Below the pieces are notes generated by a model. It was given only the letters and a program-made list of their open reading frames with translations, was not told where the DNA came from and ran no database searches. Made by a program: the position numbers and the translations under genes. A stretch of DNA of 64,000 bases, from positions 60,012 to 124,011 of the forward strand of contig CAMJWS010000003.1 in NCBI GenBank assembly GCA_946409515.1, given 5' to 3'. How positions within the stretch are numbered: position 1 is the stretch's first letter; every line of letters starts with the position of its first letter. Below, piece after piece: positions 44,802 to 54,911 of the stretch. Origin of the DNA: an uncultured Bacillales bacterium (lineage in GTDB: Bacteria; Bacillota_I; Bacilli_A; RFN20; CAG-826).

Positions 44802-47210
44802 TTATTCAGCGTCTTTCTTTTCTTCGGCTGGTTGTTCAGCGGCTGGTTGCTCTGGAGCTGGTTCTTGTTGAATGGTAACACGACGTTGAGGTCTAATGTT
44901 AACTAAGTTCAAAACAGCATCAACAGAGGCCATTTCTAAGCATTCTCTGAACATCGCATAGCCTTCATTAACATAATCTTGTAATGGGTTAACGTTAGCG
45001 TAACTTCTTAAGAAGATGGCTTCTCTTAATCTCGCCATGGAGTCAATATGTTTGGTCCAGTTTTGGTCAATACAATGTAAAACCACTGAACGTTTGATAT
45101 TGTCTTTATCAGCATCTTCAACATCCCATTCTTTGAGAAGTTGTTCGAATCTTTCTCTAATAATGATGGCTAAATCTGGTGCGATATCATCAACTGGAGC
45201 ATCATCATATAAGTTTGGTTTAATTGTGCCAGTTGGTAAGAATCTTGGTTCCACCACTTTGACTAATTGTTCACCAGAAATTAATTCATCATTGCTATCA
45301 GCAGGAATACCTTTCTTAGCAAGGAATTCGCCAGCAGTTTTGAAGATATCTTCCATGATGTCGTCAATTGGTCTACCTTCGATAATTCTATCTCTCTTGT
45401 CATAGACAATTTGTCTTTGTTTGGCTAAGACATCATCGTATTCTAATAAGCTCTTACGAGTATCAAAGTTTTGACCTTCGATTTTCTTTTGCGCGGAAGT
45501 GATAACGTTAGTAATCATTCTTGCTTCTAAGGCTTCATCACCAAAGTTCTTTTCAATGTAATTTCTAATACCATCCGCGGCGAATCTGATTAATAATTCG
45601 TCATCAAAAGAAACATAGAATCTGGAGAAACCTGGGTCACCTTGACGGCCTGAACGACCACGTAATTGGTTATCAATACGTCTACTTTCATGTCTTTCTG
45701 TACCAAAGACGCATAAACCACCTAAAGCTCTAACTTCATCATTGATTTTAATGTCAGTACCACGGCCCGCCATGTTAGTAGCAAGAGTAATGGAACCTTT
45801 TTCACCGGCGTGAGAAATAATTTCCGCTTCACGAGCGTGGTTCTTCGCGTTCAACATCTCGTGTGGCAAGCCCGCTTGTGTTAATAACGCGGAGATTTCT
45901 TCGGAAGATTCAACGGACACGGTACCGATTAAGATAGGTTGACCGGTCTCATGACGTTCTTTAACTTCCTTAATTAAAGCAGCGAGTTTTGGACCCTTAT
46001 GTGCATAGACATAATCAAGCGCATCAATACGTTGGATTGGTCTATTTGTTGGGATACAAACAACACGCATATTGTAGATTTTACGGAATTCTTCTTCTTC
46101 AGTTTTAGCGGTACCTGTCATACCAGCGAGTTTATTATATAAACGGAAGAAGTTTTGATATGTAATTGTCGCCATAGTGACGGTTTCTTGCTTAATTTTG
46201 ACATTTTCTTTAGCTTGAACAGCTTGGTGTAAACCATCAGACCATTCACGACCTGGAAGAACACGACCAGTAAATGGGTCAATGATTTGAACTTCGCCTT
46301 CGGCGTCCACTAAGTAGTCAACATCTCTAGCCATAATGAAGTTTGCTCTTAAAGCATTATGGATTCTATGGACTAAATCAGCATATTCAGGATCGTATAA
46401 GTTTTTGATGCCGAACATACGTTCTGCTTTGGCTTGGCCAGCTTCTGTTAAGTGAACTGTCTTTTCCTTAACATCGACGGTATAGTCGACTTCTTTCTTT
46501 AATGTTTTGCAGAATCTATCGGCAACTGTATATTGGGAGGCACTTGTTTGAGCACCGCCGGAAATAATTAATGGGGTTCTACTTTCATCGATTAAGATGG
46601 AGTCAGCTTCGTCAACGATACAGAAGTTAAGTCCTCTTAAAACACGGTGTTCCATATCGGTCGCCATGTTATCTCTTAAGTAGTCGAAACCTAATTCAGA
46701 GTTTGTTGTATATGTAATATCACACAAATAGGCTTCTTTCTTTTCACGTGTAGACTTTGTACGGGCATTAACACCAACTGTTAAGCCTAAGAATCTATAG
46801 ATTTGGCCCATCCATTCAGCGTCACGACCAGATAAGTATTCGTTAACAGTAATAACGTGTAAGCCTTTACCCGCTAAAGCGTTAAGGTAAACAGCCATTG
46901 TACAGGTTAAGGTTTTACCTTCACCAGTTTTCATTTCGGCGACATCGCCGTTATGTAAAACTAAAGAACCAACGATTTGTACTTTGTAAGGGAATTCACC
47001 AATACAACGTTTTGCAGCTTCACGAGCAACCGCAAAAGCTTCGTACTTAATATCATCTAATGTTTTGCCTTGAGCTAATAATTCTTTGAAGTATGGAGTT
47101 TTAGCTTGTAATTCTTCATTGGTTAACGCCGCCATTTGGCCTTCATAGGCGATAACTTTATCAGCTTCTTTTAAATACTTCTTAATAGCTCTTCTGTCGA
47201 AAAATCCCAT
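44802..47210 (-). CDS. secA: Preprotein translocase ATPase SecA.
   Basis: A full-length 802-aa protein with Walker A (MKTGEGKTL), DEAD-like LHVITVNEY..DEADSILIDE motifs, a preprotein cross-linking domain and helical scaffold. Confidence 0.95.
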   Translation of the reverse strand: MGFFDRRAIKKYLKEADKVIAYEGQMAALTNEELQAKTPYFKELLAQGKTLDDIKYEAFAVAREAAKRCIGEFPYKVQIVGSLVLHNGDVAEMKTGEGKTLTCTMAVYLNALAGKGLHVITVNEYLSGRDAEWMGQIYRFLGLTVGVNARTKSTREKKEAYLCDITYTTNSELGFDYLRDNMATDMEHRVLRGLNFCIVDEADSILIDESRTPLIISGGAQTSASQYTVADRFCKTLKKEVDYTVDVKEKTVHLTEAGQAKAERMFGIKNLYDPEYADLVHRIHNALRANFIMARDVDYLVDAEGEVQIIDPFTGRVLPGREWSDGLHQAVQAKENVKIKQETVTMATITYQNFFRLYNKLAGMTGTAKTEEEEFRKIYNMRVVCIPTNRPIQRIDALDYVYAHKGPKLAALIKEVKERHETGQPILIGTVSVESSEEISALLTQAGLPHEMLNAKNHAREAEIISHAGEKGSITLATNMAGRGTDIKINDEVRALGGLCVFGTERHESRRIDNQLRGRSGRQGDPGFSRFYVSFDDELLIRFAADGIRNYIEKNFGDEALEARMITNVITSAQKKIEGQNFDTRKSLLEYDDVLAKQRQIVYDKRDRIIEGRPIDDIMEDIFKTAGEFLAKKGIPADSNDELISGEQLVKVVEPRFLPTGTIKPNLYDDAPVDDIAPDLAIIIRERFEQLLKEWDVEDADKDNIKRSVVLHCIDQNWTKHIDSMARLREAIFLRSYANVNPLQDYVNEGYAMFRECLEMASVDAVLNLVNIRPQRRVTIQQEPAPEQPAAEQPAEEKKDAE

Positions 47211-47329
47211 ATTATTTAATACCGATCACATCAAATATGTGCCTTTCTTTATAAAAGAATGTCAAGCATTCGCTTAAATATCATATCAATACCACCTATT
47301 ATTGTCTAATACAAATTAATTCGTATTAG

Positions 47330-48007
47330 TTATTTAGGTAGTTGTTTTCCTCTAGTTTTAGCCACCACTAGAACATCAATCTTCTTTGGATTTAACTTTT
47401 CAATGAGATGAATCGCGGATTTCATTGTGCTTCCTGTAGTGTAAACGTCATCGACAATTAAAACCTTCTTTTTACTCAAATCAGGATGACTTTTTAATTC
47501 CAAATATTTGTAGACTTTCTTTCTTTGATTAAAGGAACTTAATGCCTGCTTATGCTTTTCAGTTTTTTCTAAGATATTTAGCATTTTTAATCCAAGGCTT
47601 TTAAAAGTTTCAATAACATGATTAAATCCTCTCTCTTCATCTTCGTTTTGATAGGAAGGAATTGGTATCACATATCGGTCAAAATAACGTAATTTGATCT
47701 CTTTAGCGTATCTATCTAGAAATACTTGATGTAGTTCGTAATCATAGCAACCCTTATATTGATAAATTAGCTTTCTAATAAACTGATTGTAGTCGTATAA
47801 CGAGGTGGCTTTATGGCTATCAACGCTAAACTTGATAAATTTAGGTTCCATTTTCGTTTGACACGCCTGGCAAATAGGTATTTTCCCATTAAAAAGCCTG
47901 CAAAAGTCAGTTATGTTGACTTTTTTAAAGCAAATTAGGCAGTTTCTTGTTGGCGGCATTAATCTCTGCAATCGCTCGCTGCATTTCTTCATTATTTTCC
48001 CTAGCAA
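47330..48007 (-). CDS. comFC: ComFC-like competence protein (phosphoribosyltransferase-type). Its true start is probably an internal Met (47992 or 47959), and it overlaps the end of comFA.
   Basis: An N-terminal Cys-rich region (CLICFKK...CQACQ) and the PRT motif VLIVDDVYTTGSTM are present. Confidence 0.75.
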   Translation of the reverse strand: MLGKIMKKCSERLQRLMPPTRNCLICFKKVNITDFCRLFNGKIPICQACQTKMEPKFIKFSVDSHKATSLYDYNQFIRKLIYQYKGCYDYELHQVFLDRYAKEIKLRYFDRYVIPIPSYQNEDEERGFNHVIETFKSLGLKMLNILEKTEKHKQALSSFNQRKKVYKYLELKSHPDLSKKKVLIVDDVYTTGSTMKSAIHLIEKLNPKKIDVLVVAKTRGKQLPK

Positions 48008-49088
48008 GAAATATCACCTCACCTTCTGGAGCATCTTTCTTTCTACCCACACGCCCCGCTATTTGTATTAAAGAATAAGAATCATATATTGGATGATCGC
48101 TATGATAAACGATAACTTGAAGGTCTTTTACGGTAACGCCTCTTTCTAATACCGCAGTGGTTACTAAATAACGATACTTTTTAACCCTGAATCTTTTGAT
48201 AATTTCATCACGGTTTTCCGAATGTGAATTTATATAGTATCCATTAGGAAAAAACATCCTTAGAAATTTATATACTTTTAAGGACAAATCAATTGTGGGA
48301 ACGAAGATAAAAATCTGTTTAAAACTCTTCAATATTCTCGATACTTCTTTGATTAGTTTGTAGTTTAAAAATAATTCGTTGCCTTTTATGACTGTTGGAA
48401 CAGGAAGTGGCTTACCATGGAATCTCGAGAAAAGTTGCAGAACCGCTCTTCCGGGTTTTGAAAAATAGTCCAATATCTCTTTATTCGGAGTAGCAGTCAT
48501 TAGAACATAATTCTTCTTAATACTGCGTTTAAAAAAGACTTCTAAAATCTCGCTGCCTTTGAAAGGGAACGCATCTATTTCATCAACTATTAGTAAATCG
48601 AAATAATGATCGTATCTAAATAGTTGATGGGTCGTTAATAAGACCATATCTCCCTCTAAATACTTTGTATTTCCCCCATAGACCGCTGTTAAATCATTGT
48701 CTCTAAATATATCCGCAAAGCGATAATATAATTCAATGCATACATCACGTCGTGGAACCGCAAATCCGACTTTTAAGCCGTTTTTAATACAATATGAAAT
48801 AATCCCAATGCATATTTCGGTCTTTCCAGAGCCACATACAGCGTGAACCAAACTATCGATTCCATTTTGAAAGTTTTCTAATAGTTGCTTTGATAATCTT
48901 TTTTGATCATCAGAAAGCTCGTATTTTAAAGTCCATTCTGCACTATCGAGTTGAACATACTCTCCAGTAGCCTCTTGTCCTCTAAAAGTTACACACTTTC
49001 GACAATATGGTTTTCCATTCTTGTAGCCAATATATTTCGGGTCAGCATTTCCACAAATAGGACAAGCATATGAAGTTTTATTATTCAT
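47925..49088 (-). CDS. comFA: ComFA-like DEAD/DEAH-box helicase (DNA uptake ATPase).
   Basis: An N-terminal zinc-finger (CPICGN...CRKC), Walker A GSGKTE, Walker B LLIVDEIDAF, and helicase motifs III (TATP) and VI (QIAGRVGR) are present. Confidence 0.8.
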   Translation of the reverse strand: MNNKTSYACPICGNADPKYIGYKNGKPYCRKCVTFRGQEATGEYVQLDSAEWTLKYELSDDQKRLSKQLLENFQNGIDSLVHAVCGSGKTEICIGIISYCIKNGLKVGFAVPRRDVCIELYYRFADIFRDNDLTAVYGGNTKYLEGDMVLLTTHQLFRYDHYFDLLIVDEIDAFPFKGSEILEVFFKRSIKKNYVLMTATPNKEILDYFSKPGRAVLQLFSRFHGKPLPVPTVIKGNELFLNYKLIKEVSRILKSFKQIFIFVPTIDLSLKVYKFLRMFFPNGYYINSHSENRDEIIKRFRVKKYRYLVTTAVLERGVTVKDLQVIVYHSDHPIYDSYSLIQIAGRVGRKKDAPEGEVIFLARENNEEMQRAIAEINAANKKLPNLL

Positions 49089-49149
49089 ATTTAAAAAGCC
49101 CCCTATTAATTAAATAGGAGGCATTTTTGATTTTTGTCCGAAAATTAAG

Positions 49150-49587
49150 TTATCTTTCTAAATTATTGATCATTTCTACGCGTTTTGCGTGTCTTCCGCC
49201 TGCAAATTCAGTGGCAAGGAAAGTATCTGCTCTTTCGCAAGCTTCTTCTAATGTGGTGAATTTAGCACCAAAGCCAATAACATTCGCATCGTTGTGTTCT
49301 CTCATTAATCTAGCAACTTCAACGTTATATGCTAAACCAGCGCGAACACCTTTAACTTTGTTTGCTGCCATAACGATGCCTTCACCTGTTGTGCAGACAA
49401 CAATACCGTATTTACAAGCACCTTCAGCAACAAGCTTAGCGCATTTAACGCCGAATTCTGGATAATCGCATGATTGTGTTGAATATGTACCGACATCAAC
49501 CATATCAAAGCCTTTATTAGCTAAGTATTGTTTGAGGCCTTCTTTTAATTCATAACCACCGTGATCGGAACCAATTGCAATTTTCAT
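49150..49587 (-). CDS. rpiB: Ribose-5-phosphate isomerase B (RpiB/LacAB family).
   Basis: MKIAIGSDHGGYELKE at the N-terminus, a catalytic Cys in VVCTTGEG, and a length of 145 aa. Confidence 0.85.
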   Translation of the reverse strand: MKIAIGSDHGGYELKEGLKQYLANKGFDMVDVGTYSTQSCDYPEFGVKCAKLVAEGACKYGIVVCTTGEGIVMAANKVKGVRAGLAYNVEVARLMREHNDANVIGFGAKFTTLEEACERADTFLATEFAGGRHAKRVEMINNLER

Positions 49588-49619
49588 ACATTCATTATAG
49601 TAATATCAAAGATATTTTT

Positions 49620-50456
49620 CTATTCCTTTTTACCCGTAATATATAAGAAACGTACTCTATCATATATATCTTTTTCAAAATAGAACGAACAGCCTTTGCA
49701 GTACTTATTTACTAACTTTGTTAAAGGTTCTTCTAAATCCTCGCCGATTTCAAAAGCGAGTAAATATGTATCATTAACTACTTTTAAATAGTCTTTAAGC
49801 ACCTTTTCATAGAACATGGTGCCTGGTTTTGCTAATAACGCTAGATGTGGTTCTTGTTTCCAAGTCTTTTCGTCAATGGTCTTTTCATTCTCGATATAAG
49901 GTGGATTACAGACAATTACATCCACTTTAAAATCATTATCAATGAACGGTTCAAGCATATCGCCTTGGACAGCGCTGGCGTTGGATAATTGATGATTCTC
50001 AATATTCTTATTCGCGACCTCTAATGCTTCTTCTGAAATATCAGAAAGAGTAATGGAACTATTAGTAAAAATATGAGCAAGGCTAATACCAATACAGCCA
50101 CTACCAGTGCAGACATCGATAATCTTAAGATTATCTTTATTAAATATATCCTTAATTAGTTTTGCGGTATTAAGCACTAATTGTTCAGTTTCTTGTCTTG
50201 GAATTAAGACATTCTTATCAACATAAAAAGGCTTTGCTAAAAAGTAAGCCTTGTTAAAAATATATTCAATCATTTCACCGTTAGTATAACGGTTCATTGC
50301 GTCAATGAATCTATTTTCATCTATAATTTCAGCATCTAGATTTTGTGACAAAAGAAGATGGTCATAGCCATTACATTCTTCTAACGCAAAGTAAATAACT
50401 GCATCACTTATGCCTTCCTTTTTATATTTGAAGAGCAGTTCGCGATTTGTAGACAT
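49620..50456 (-). CDS. prmC: Release-factor glutamine N5-methyltransferase PrmC (HemK).
   Basis: SAM motif DVCTGSGCIG and catalytic NPPY (VCNPPYI). It lies immediately downstream of prfA, and the prfA stop overlaps its start. Confidence 0.85.
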   Translation of the reverse strand: MSTNRELLFKYKKEGISDAVIYFALEECNGYDHLLLSQNLDAEIIDENRFIDAMNRYTNGEMIEYIFNKAYFLAKPFYVDKNVLIPRQETEQLVLNTAKLIKDIFNKDNLKIIDVCTGSGCIGISLAHIFTNSSITLSDISEEALEVANKNIENHQLSNASAVQGDMLEPFIDNDFKVDVIVCNPPYIENEKTIDEKTWKQEPHLALLAKPGTMFYEKVLKDYLKVVNDTYLLAFEIGEDLEEPLTKLVNKYCKGCSFYFEKDIYDRVRFLYITGKKE

Positions 50457-51529
50457 TATTCGCCCGCCATTTTTGCGGATTGATCATAGTGAATTAAAGC
50501 TTCAATAACTTCATCTAATTCACCTTCAATGACGCGGTCTAATTTTTGAATTGTGAAACCAATACGGTGGTCGGTAACACGGTTTTGTGGATAGTTATAG
50601 GTTCTAATCTTTTCACTTCTTTCACCAGTACCGATCTTTAAACGACGTTCGTTACCGATTTTTTCTTGTTGTTCTGCAAGCATATTTGCGTACATCTTTG
50701 TACGTAACATTTGCATAGCAATTTCTCTATTTTGGATTTGAGATTTTTCAGTTTGGCACGCCACAACTGTACCGGTTGGGATGTGTGTAATACGAACAGC
50801 GGATTCGGTCTTATTAACGTTTTGACCACCCGCACCTTGTGAGTGATATGTATCGACTTGTAAATCGTTAGGATTAATTTGAATATCGATTTCTTCCGCT
50901 TCAGGCATGACTAAGACAGTCGCTGTACTTGTGTGAATACGGCCTGAGGCTTCAGTCTTAGGAACACGTTGAACACGGTGCGCGCCACTCTCGAATTTTA
51001 ATTTTGAGAAGACACGGCTACCACTTATCTTAAAAGAAATGAGGGCAAAGCCACCGGATTCAGATGGGTTTTCATCAAGGATTTGAATCTTCCATCCTTG
51101 GGCTTCTGCATATCTTGTATACATTCTGAAAAGATCGCCCGCAAAGATATTGGCTTCATCACCACCAACAGCGCCTCTAATTTCAACGATAATGTTTTTG
51201 TCATCATTAGGATCTCTAGGAAGGAGCATTTCTCTTAAATCTTCTAAGAGTTTTTCTTGTTCAGCTTCAAGGCGTTTGATTTCTTCTTTGCCCATTTCCG
51301 CTAAATCTGGATCAGAATCATGTGCCATTTCTTTCGCGGCTTCAATATCTTCTTCGTTTTTTTGGTATTGATTAAAAGCAGCAACTTGAGGATCCAAGTT
51401 AGCTCTTTCTTTTGATATTTCTCTAAACTTAGAGATGTTTTTCATGATGTCATCGCTGACGAGTTCTTCATCTATTTCTTTGAGACGTTTTTCGGCAGCA
51501 ATGAGACGTTGACGCATGCTTTCTTCCAT
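50456..51529 (-). CDS. prfA: Peptide chain release factor 1.
   Basis: PxT-type stop-recognition region and GGQ motif ([10 protein letters not shown]). It has high similarity in motif layout to prfB. Confidence 0.95.
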   Translation of the reverse strand: MEESMRQRLIAAEKRLKEIDEELVSDDIMKNISKFREISKERANLDPQVAAFNQYQKNEEDIEAAKEMAHDSDPDLAEMGKEEIKRLEAEQEKLLEDLREMLLPRDPNDDKNIIVEIRGAVGGDEANIFAGDLFRMYTRYAEAQGWKIQILDENPSESGGFALISFKISGSRVFSKLKFESGAHRVQRVPKTEASGRIHTSTATVLVMPEAEEIDIQINPNDLQVDTYHSQGAGGQNVNKTESAVRITHIPTGTVVACQTEKSQIQNREIAMQMLRTKMYANMLAEQQEKIGNERRLKIGTGERSEKIRTYNYPQNRVTDHRIGFTIQKLDRVIEGELDEVIEALIHYDQSAKMAGE

Positions 51530-51662
51530 AATAGTTTCCTCTGACCGTTAAGTATTGTAGCACAACTCATGTATAGCACAAAGAGAGAAATATTTCCATT
51601 AATAGAATATTAACATTTTATACTCGAAGGTTTTGGTATATACTTATCACAGGTGATTTTAT

Positions 51663-53372
51663 ATGGCTTATAAAGCATTATATCGAACATATCGTCCTAG
51701 CACTTTTGAAGAAGTCGCTGGACAAGAACATATCGTCAAGACTTTAAAGAACGCTTTGGCGACCAGAAAGTTAGCTCACGCCTACCTATTCGCGGGCCCT
51801 CGTGGTACAGGTAAGACCACAATGGCAAAATTATTAGCGAAAGCTCTTAACTGTGATGAAGGTATTGGCTGCCAGTGTAACGAATGTAAAAACTGTAAAG
51901 CAATTATCGATGGTACTCATCCTGATGTTATCGAATTAGACGCCGCGAGCAATAACGGTGTTGATGAAATCAGAGAGTTAATTGATAAGGTAAAATATGG
52001 CACTATTTTGGGCCGTTATAAAGTTTATATTATCGACGAAGTTCACATGCTCTCAACAGGTGCATTTAACGCTCTTTTAAAGACTTTAGAAGAGCCACCG
52101 GAACACGTTATCTTTATTCTAGCGACAACTGAACCACATAAAATCCTTCCAACCATTCTTTCTCGTTGTCAAAGATATGACTTCACCAAATTAAGTGATG
52201 ATGATATCAATAACAGACTTAAAAACGTTTTAGAAAAAGAAGGTATTGCCTATAACGAGGAGGCAATCAAAATTATCATCTCCTTAGCGGACGGTGGTAT
52301 GCGTGATGCCTTATCAATCTTGGATCAAGTCTTAGCCTATTCTGGCAATAAGCTTGAAGTCCAAGACATCTTAGATATCTTTGCTCTTGAATCAAAAGAA
52401 GAAAAAATTGCCTTATTAAATGCGATTATCAATAAAGATGTTTCCGATGTCTTACAAAGAATCAATCGCTATGTTTCTTTAGGCACTGATATTAAGAGAT
52501 TAACCGACGACTTATTATTAATATTAAAGGATATATTGATTTATCAATCTTCCCGTAATGTTGATTGTTTAGAAATCTTAAACGAACAAGAAGCCGCTTC
52601 ATTCTTTAAAGGCCTAGATATCGATGAAACATTAAAGATGATTGATATCATTATGGCTGCGCAAAAGGACTATAAAACTGTTAACTCAATCATCCCGTTA
52701 TTTGAGGTCACAATTCTTAAATTAGTGGCCACTAAAAAGGATGGTCATCAAACTGCTCCACAACCAAAACCAGTGGAACCTGTATATGAAAAACCTGCTC
52801 CAGCGCCAGTAGCTAAACCAGCTCCACAACCAAAGCAAGAGCCTCTTCCAGCGCCTAAGCAAGAAGAGATTATGTCCTTACTTGATCAGCCTGAACCAGA
52901 GCCAGAAAAAGCCCCAGAGATTGTTCTTTCTAAAGATGTTTTAGCAATCAAAAACACCAAGAAAGATGGTTCATTCGTCATCAACGACGACTTAATGCTC
53001 GATATCATGGTTATTTCCAAGAAGGATATTAAGAATTCATTAATCGATAACTGGTCATCAATTAAGAAAATCATTACACATCCAGAATTAGGTAGAGCCG
53101 CGACTATGTTAGCGGATGGTCGTCCATTAGTTGCTTCTCAAAAGATTTTAGTGGTCGAATATCAATTCCCTAACATCACAGAAAAAGCAAATTTATTAGA
53201 AAATCAGGAAGCCATCCAAAATGTTATTCAAACAGTCTTCAACAAAAAGATGTTTGTCTACGCGGTGAGCAGAAAAGACTCTATTAGATGGCAACAACAC
53301 TACATGAATAGTTATCAACTTGGTAAATTACCAAAGCCAGATACAATCAACATAGAATTCGAAGGAGAATAA
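51663..53372 (+). CDS. dnaX: DNA polymerase III subunit gamma/tau (DnaX).
   Basis: AAA+ Walker A GPRGTGKTT, a zinc module CDEGIGCQCNECKNC, Walker B IIDEVHML, the sensor SRC motif (TILSRCQ) and a Pro/Lys-rich C-terminal linker. Confidence 0.9.
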   Translation: MAYKALYRTYRPSTFEEVAGQEHIVKTLKNALATRKLAHAYLFAGPRGTGKTTMAKLLAKALNCDEGIGCQCNECKNCKAIIDGTHPDVIELDAASNNGVDEIRELIDKVKYGTILGRYKVYIIDEVHMLSTGAFNALLKTLEEPPEHVIFILATTEPHKILPTILSRCQRYDFTKLSDDDINNRLKNVLEKEGIAYNEEAIKIIISLADGGMRDALSILDQVLAYSGNKLEVQDILDIFALESKEEKIALLNAIINKDVSDVLQRINRYVSLGTDIKRLTDDLLLILKDILIYQSSRNVDCLEILNEQEAASFFKGLDIDETLKMIDIIMAAQKDYKTVNSIIPLFEVTILKLVATKKDGHQTAPQPKPVEPVYEKPAPAPVAKPAPQPKQEPLPAPKQEEIMSLLDQPEPEPEKAPEIVLSKDVLAIKNTKKDGSFVINDDLMLDIMVISKKDIKNSLIDNWSSIKKIITHPELGRAATMLADGRPLVASQKILVVEYQFPNITEKANLLENQEAIQNVIQTVFNKKMFVYAVSRKDSIRWQQHYMNSYQLGKLPKPDTINIEFEGE

Positions 53373-53376
53373 CACT

Positions 53377-53679
53377 ATGAACATGCAACAAATGATGGCG
53401 CAAGCCCAAAAGATGCAAAGAGAACTTAGAAAAGCACAAGCTGAATTAGCCGCAAAAGAATTCAAAGTCGCTAAAGGTGGCGCTGTGACAGTTACTGTTC
53501 TCGGTAATAAGGAAATCAAAGCTATCGAAATCGATAACGATGCATTTGATCCAGAAAACAAAGAAATGATTCAAGATATGATTGCTTTAGCAATTAATGA
53601 AGCAATGGAACAAATCGACGCTGAAAGCGAGGCCATTAACGAACGTATTACCGGTCAACCTGGAGGTTTCGGCTTCTAG
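53377..53679 (+). CDS. ybaB: Nucleoid-associated protein YbaB/EbfC.
   Basis: A 100-aa protein with MQQMMAQAQKMQ at the N-terminus and a GGFGF C-terminus. It is in its conserved position between dnaX and recR. Confidence 0.85.
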   Translation: MNMQQMMAQAQKMQRELRKAQAELAAKEFKVAKGGAVTVTVLGNKEIKAIEIDNDAFDPENKEMIQDMIALAINEAMEQIDAESEAINERITGQPGGFGF

Positions 53680-53681
53680 TT

Positions 53682-54278
53682 ATGGAAAAGTTAAAGGCTC
53701 TTATTCGTTTAGAAGAATCTTTGGCTAAGTTACCAAGTGTTGGTCGTCGTAGCGCTGAACGTATGGCGTATGCGATGCTCAATATGGAAGATGATGACTT
53801 AGTGGAGTTTTCTGACGCGATTAAAAACCTCAAGCAATCCATACACATCTGCCCTATCTGTGGTTTTTTAACAGAAGGTGAAAAATGCGTTATTTGTGAT
53901 GATTCAGAACGTGATCAAGACACCTTAATGATTGTTTCTTTCCCTAAAGATGTCATCGCTTTTGAAAACGCTGAATATTATCGTGGTTTGTACCACGTCT
54001 TAAACGGGGTTATCTCTTTAAGTAAAGGTAATGGAGTGGATGATTTAAACATTACTTCGTTATTAAAGAGATTAGACGAACACCACTTCAAAGAAGTGAT
54101 TATCGCTACTAACCCAACAATCGAAGGAGAAACCACCGCTCTATATATTGCCAAACTAATCGAAGACAAAGTCGACGTCGTTACTAGATTAGCCTATGGT
54201 TTACAAATGGGTGGTAATTTAGATTATACCGATGCCTTAACCTTATCTAAGGCTGTTGAAGGAAGAAGAAAGTTGTAA
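53682..54278 (+). CDS. recR: Recombination protein RecR.
   Basis: An HhH N-terminus, a C4 zinc finger CPICGFLTEGEKCVICDD and a Toprim domain. Confidence 0.9.
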   Translation: MEKLKALIRLEESLAKLPSVGRRSAERMAYAMLNMEDDDLVEFSDAIKNLKQSIHICPICGFLTEGEKCVICDDSERDQDTLMIVSFPKDVIAFENAEYYRGLYHVLNGVISLSKGNGVDDLNITSLLKRLDEHHFKEVIIATNPTIEGETTALYIAKLIEDKVDVVTRLAYGLQMGGNLDYTDALTLSKAVEGRRKL

Positions 54279-54290
54279 GAGGTAGCAAGT

Positions 54291-54911
54291 ATGTTTATTA
54301 CTCTTGAAGGACCAGAAGGATCTGGAAAAACAACCGCGGTTAACTACGCTGTTAACAAATTAGAGGAGATGGGATATCAAATTGTCCGTACTCGTGAACC
54401 AGGTGGTACCCCAATCGCTGAACAAATCCGTAATGTTATTTTAGACAAAGCCAATACTGCAATGGATAAAAGAACAGAGGCTCTTCTTTATGCTGCTTCA
54501 AGAAGACAACATTTAGTTGAAAAGGTTTGGCCTGCTTTAAAAGAAGGCAAAATCGTCATCTGTGACCGTTATTTAGATTCTTCCTTAGCCTATCAAGGCG
54601 GCGCGAGGGGTTTAGGCGTTGATAATGTTCTAAACATTAATATGTTTGCCACTGAAGGCACATTCCCAGATTTAACGCTTCTTTTCGATATTGAACCAGA
54701 AATTGGTTTAGCAAGAATCGCCGCTAATGCAAATAGAGAAGTAAATCGTTTAGATTTAGAAAAATTAGAATTCCATAAAACTGTTAGAAATACATTTTTA
54801 GAATTAGCGAAGCGTTATCCAGAACGTTTCGTCATTATAGACGCTAGCAAGAGTCAGGAAGAGGTGGCTAAAGCCACTCTTGATGTGATGCTATCAAGAA
54901 TATGCAAGTAG
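54291..54911 (+). CDS. tmk: Thymidylate kinase.
   Basis: P-loop ITLEGPEGSGKTT, a DRY-like motif (CDRY) and a LID region. Confidence 0.9.
   Translation: MFITLEGPEGSGKTTAVNYAVNKLEEMGYQIVRTREPGGTPIAEQIRNVILDKANTAMDKRTEALLYAASRRQHLVEKVWPALKEGKIVICDRYLDSSLAYQGGARGLGVDNVLNINMFATEGTFPDLTLLFDIEPEIGLARIAANANREVNRLDLEKLEFHKTVRNTFLELAKRYPERFVIIDASKSQEEVAKATLDVMLSRICK

Noticed and set aside
47306-47329. A perfect 7-bp hairpin CTAATAC-N10-GTATTAG right after the comFC stop, as a possible terminator.
   Set aside because: It is not followed by a U-tract on the transcribed strand. It is more likely an mRNA 3' stabiliser or is incidental, so it was kept out of the feature list.
51530-51662. An SRP (4.5S) RNA gene expected upstream of dnaX by Bacillus synteny.
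   Set aside because: No conserved SRP domain IV sequence or helix is visible in the 133-bp gap. It cannot be confirmed without a covariance model.
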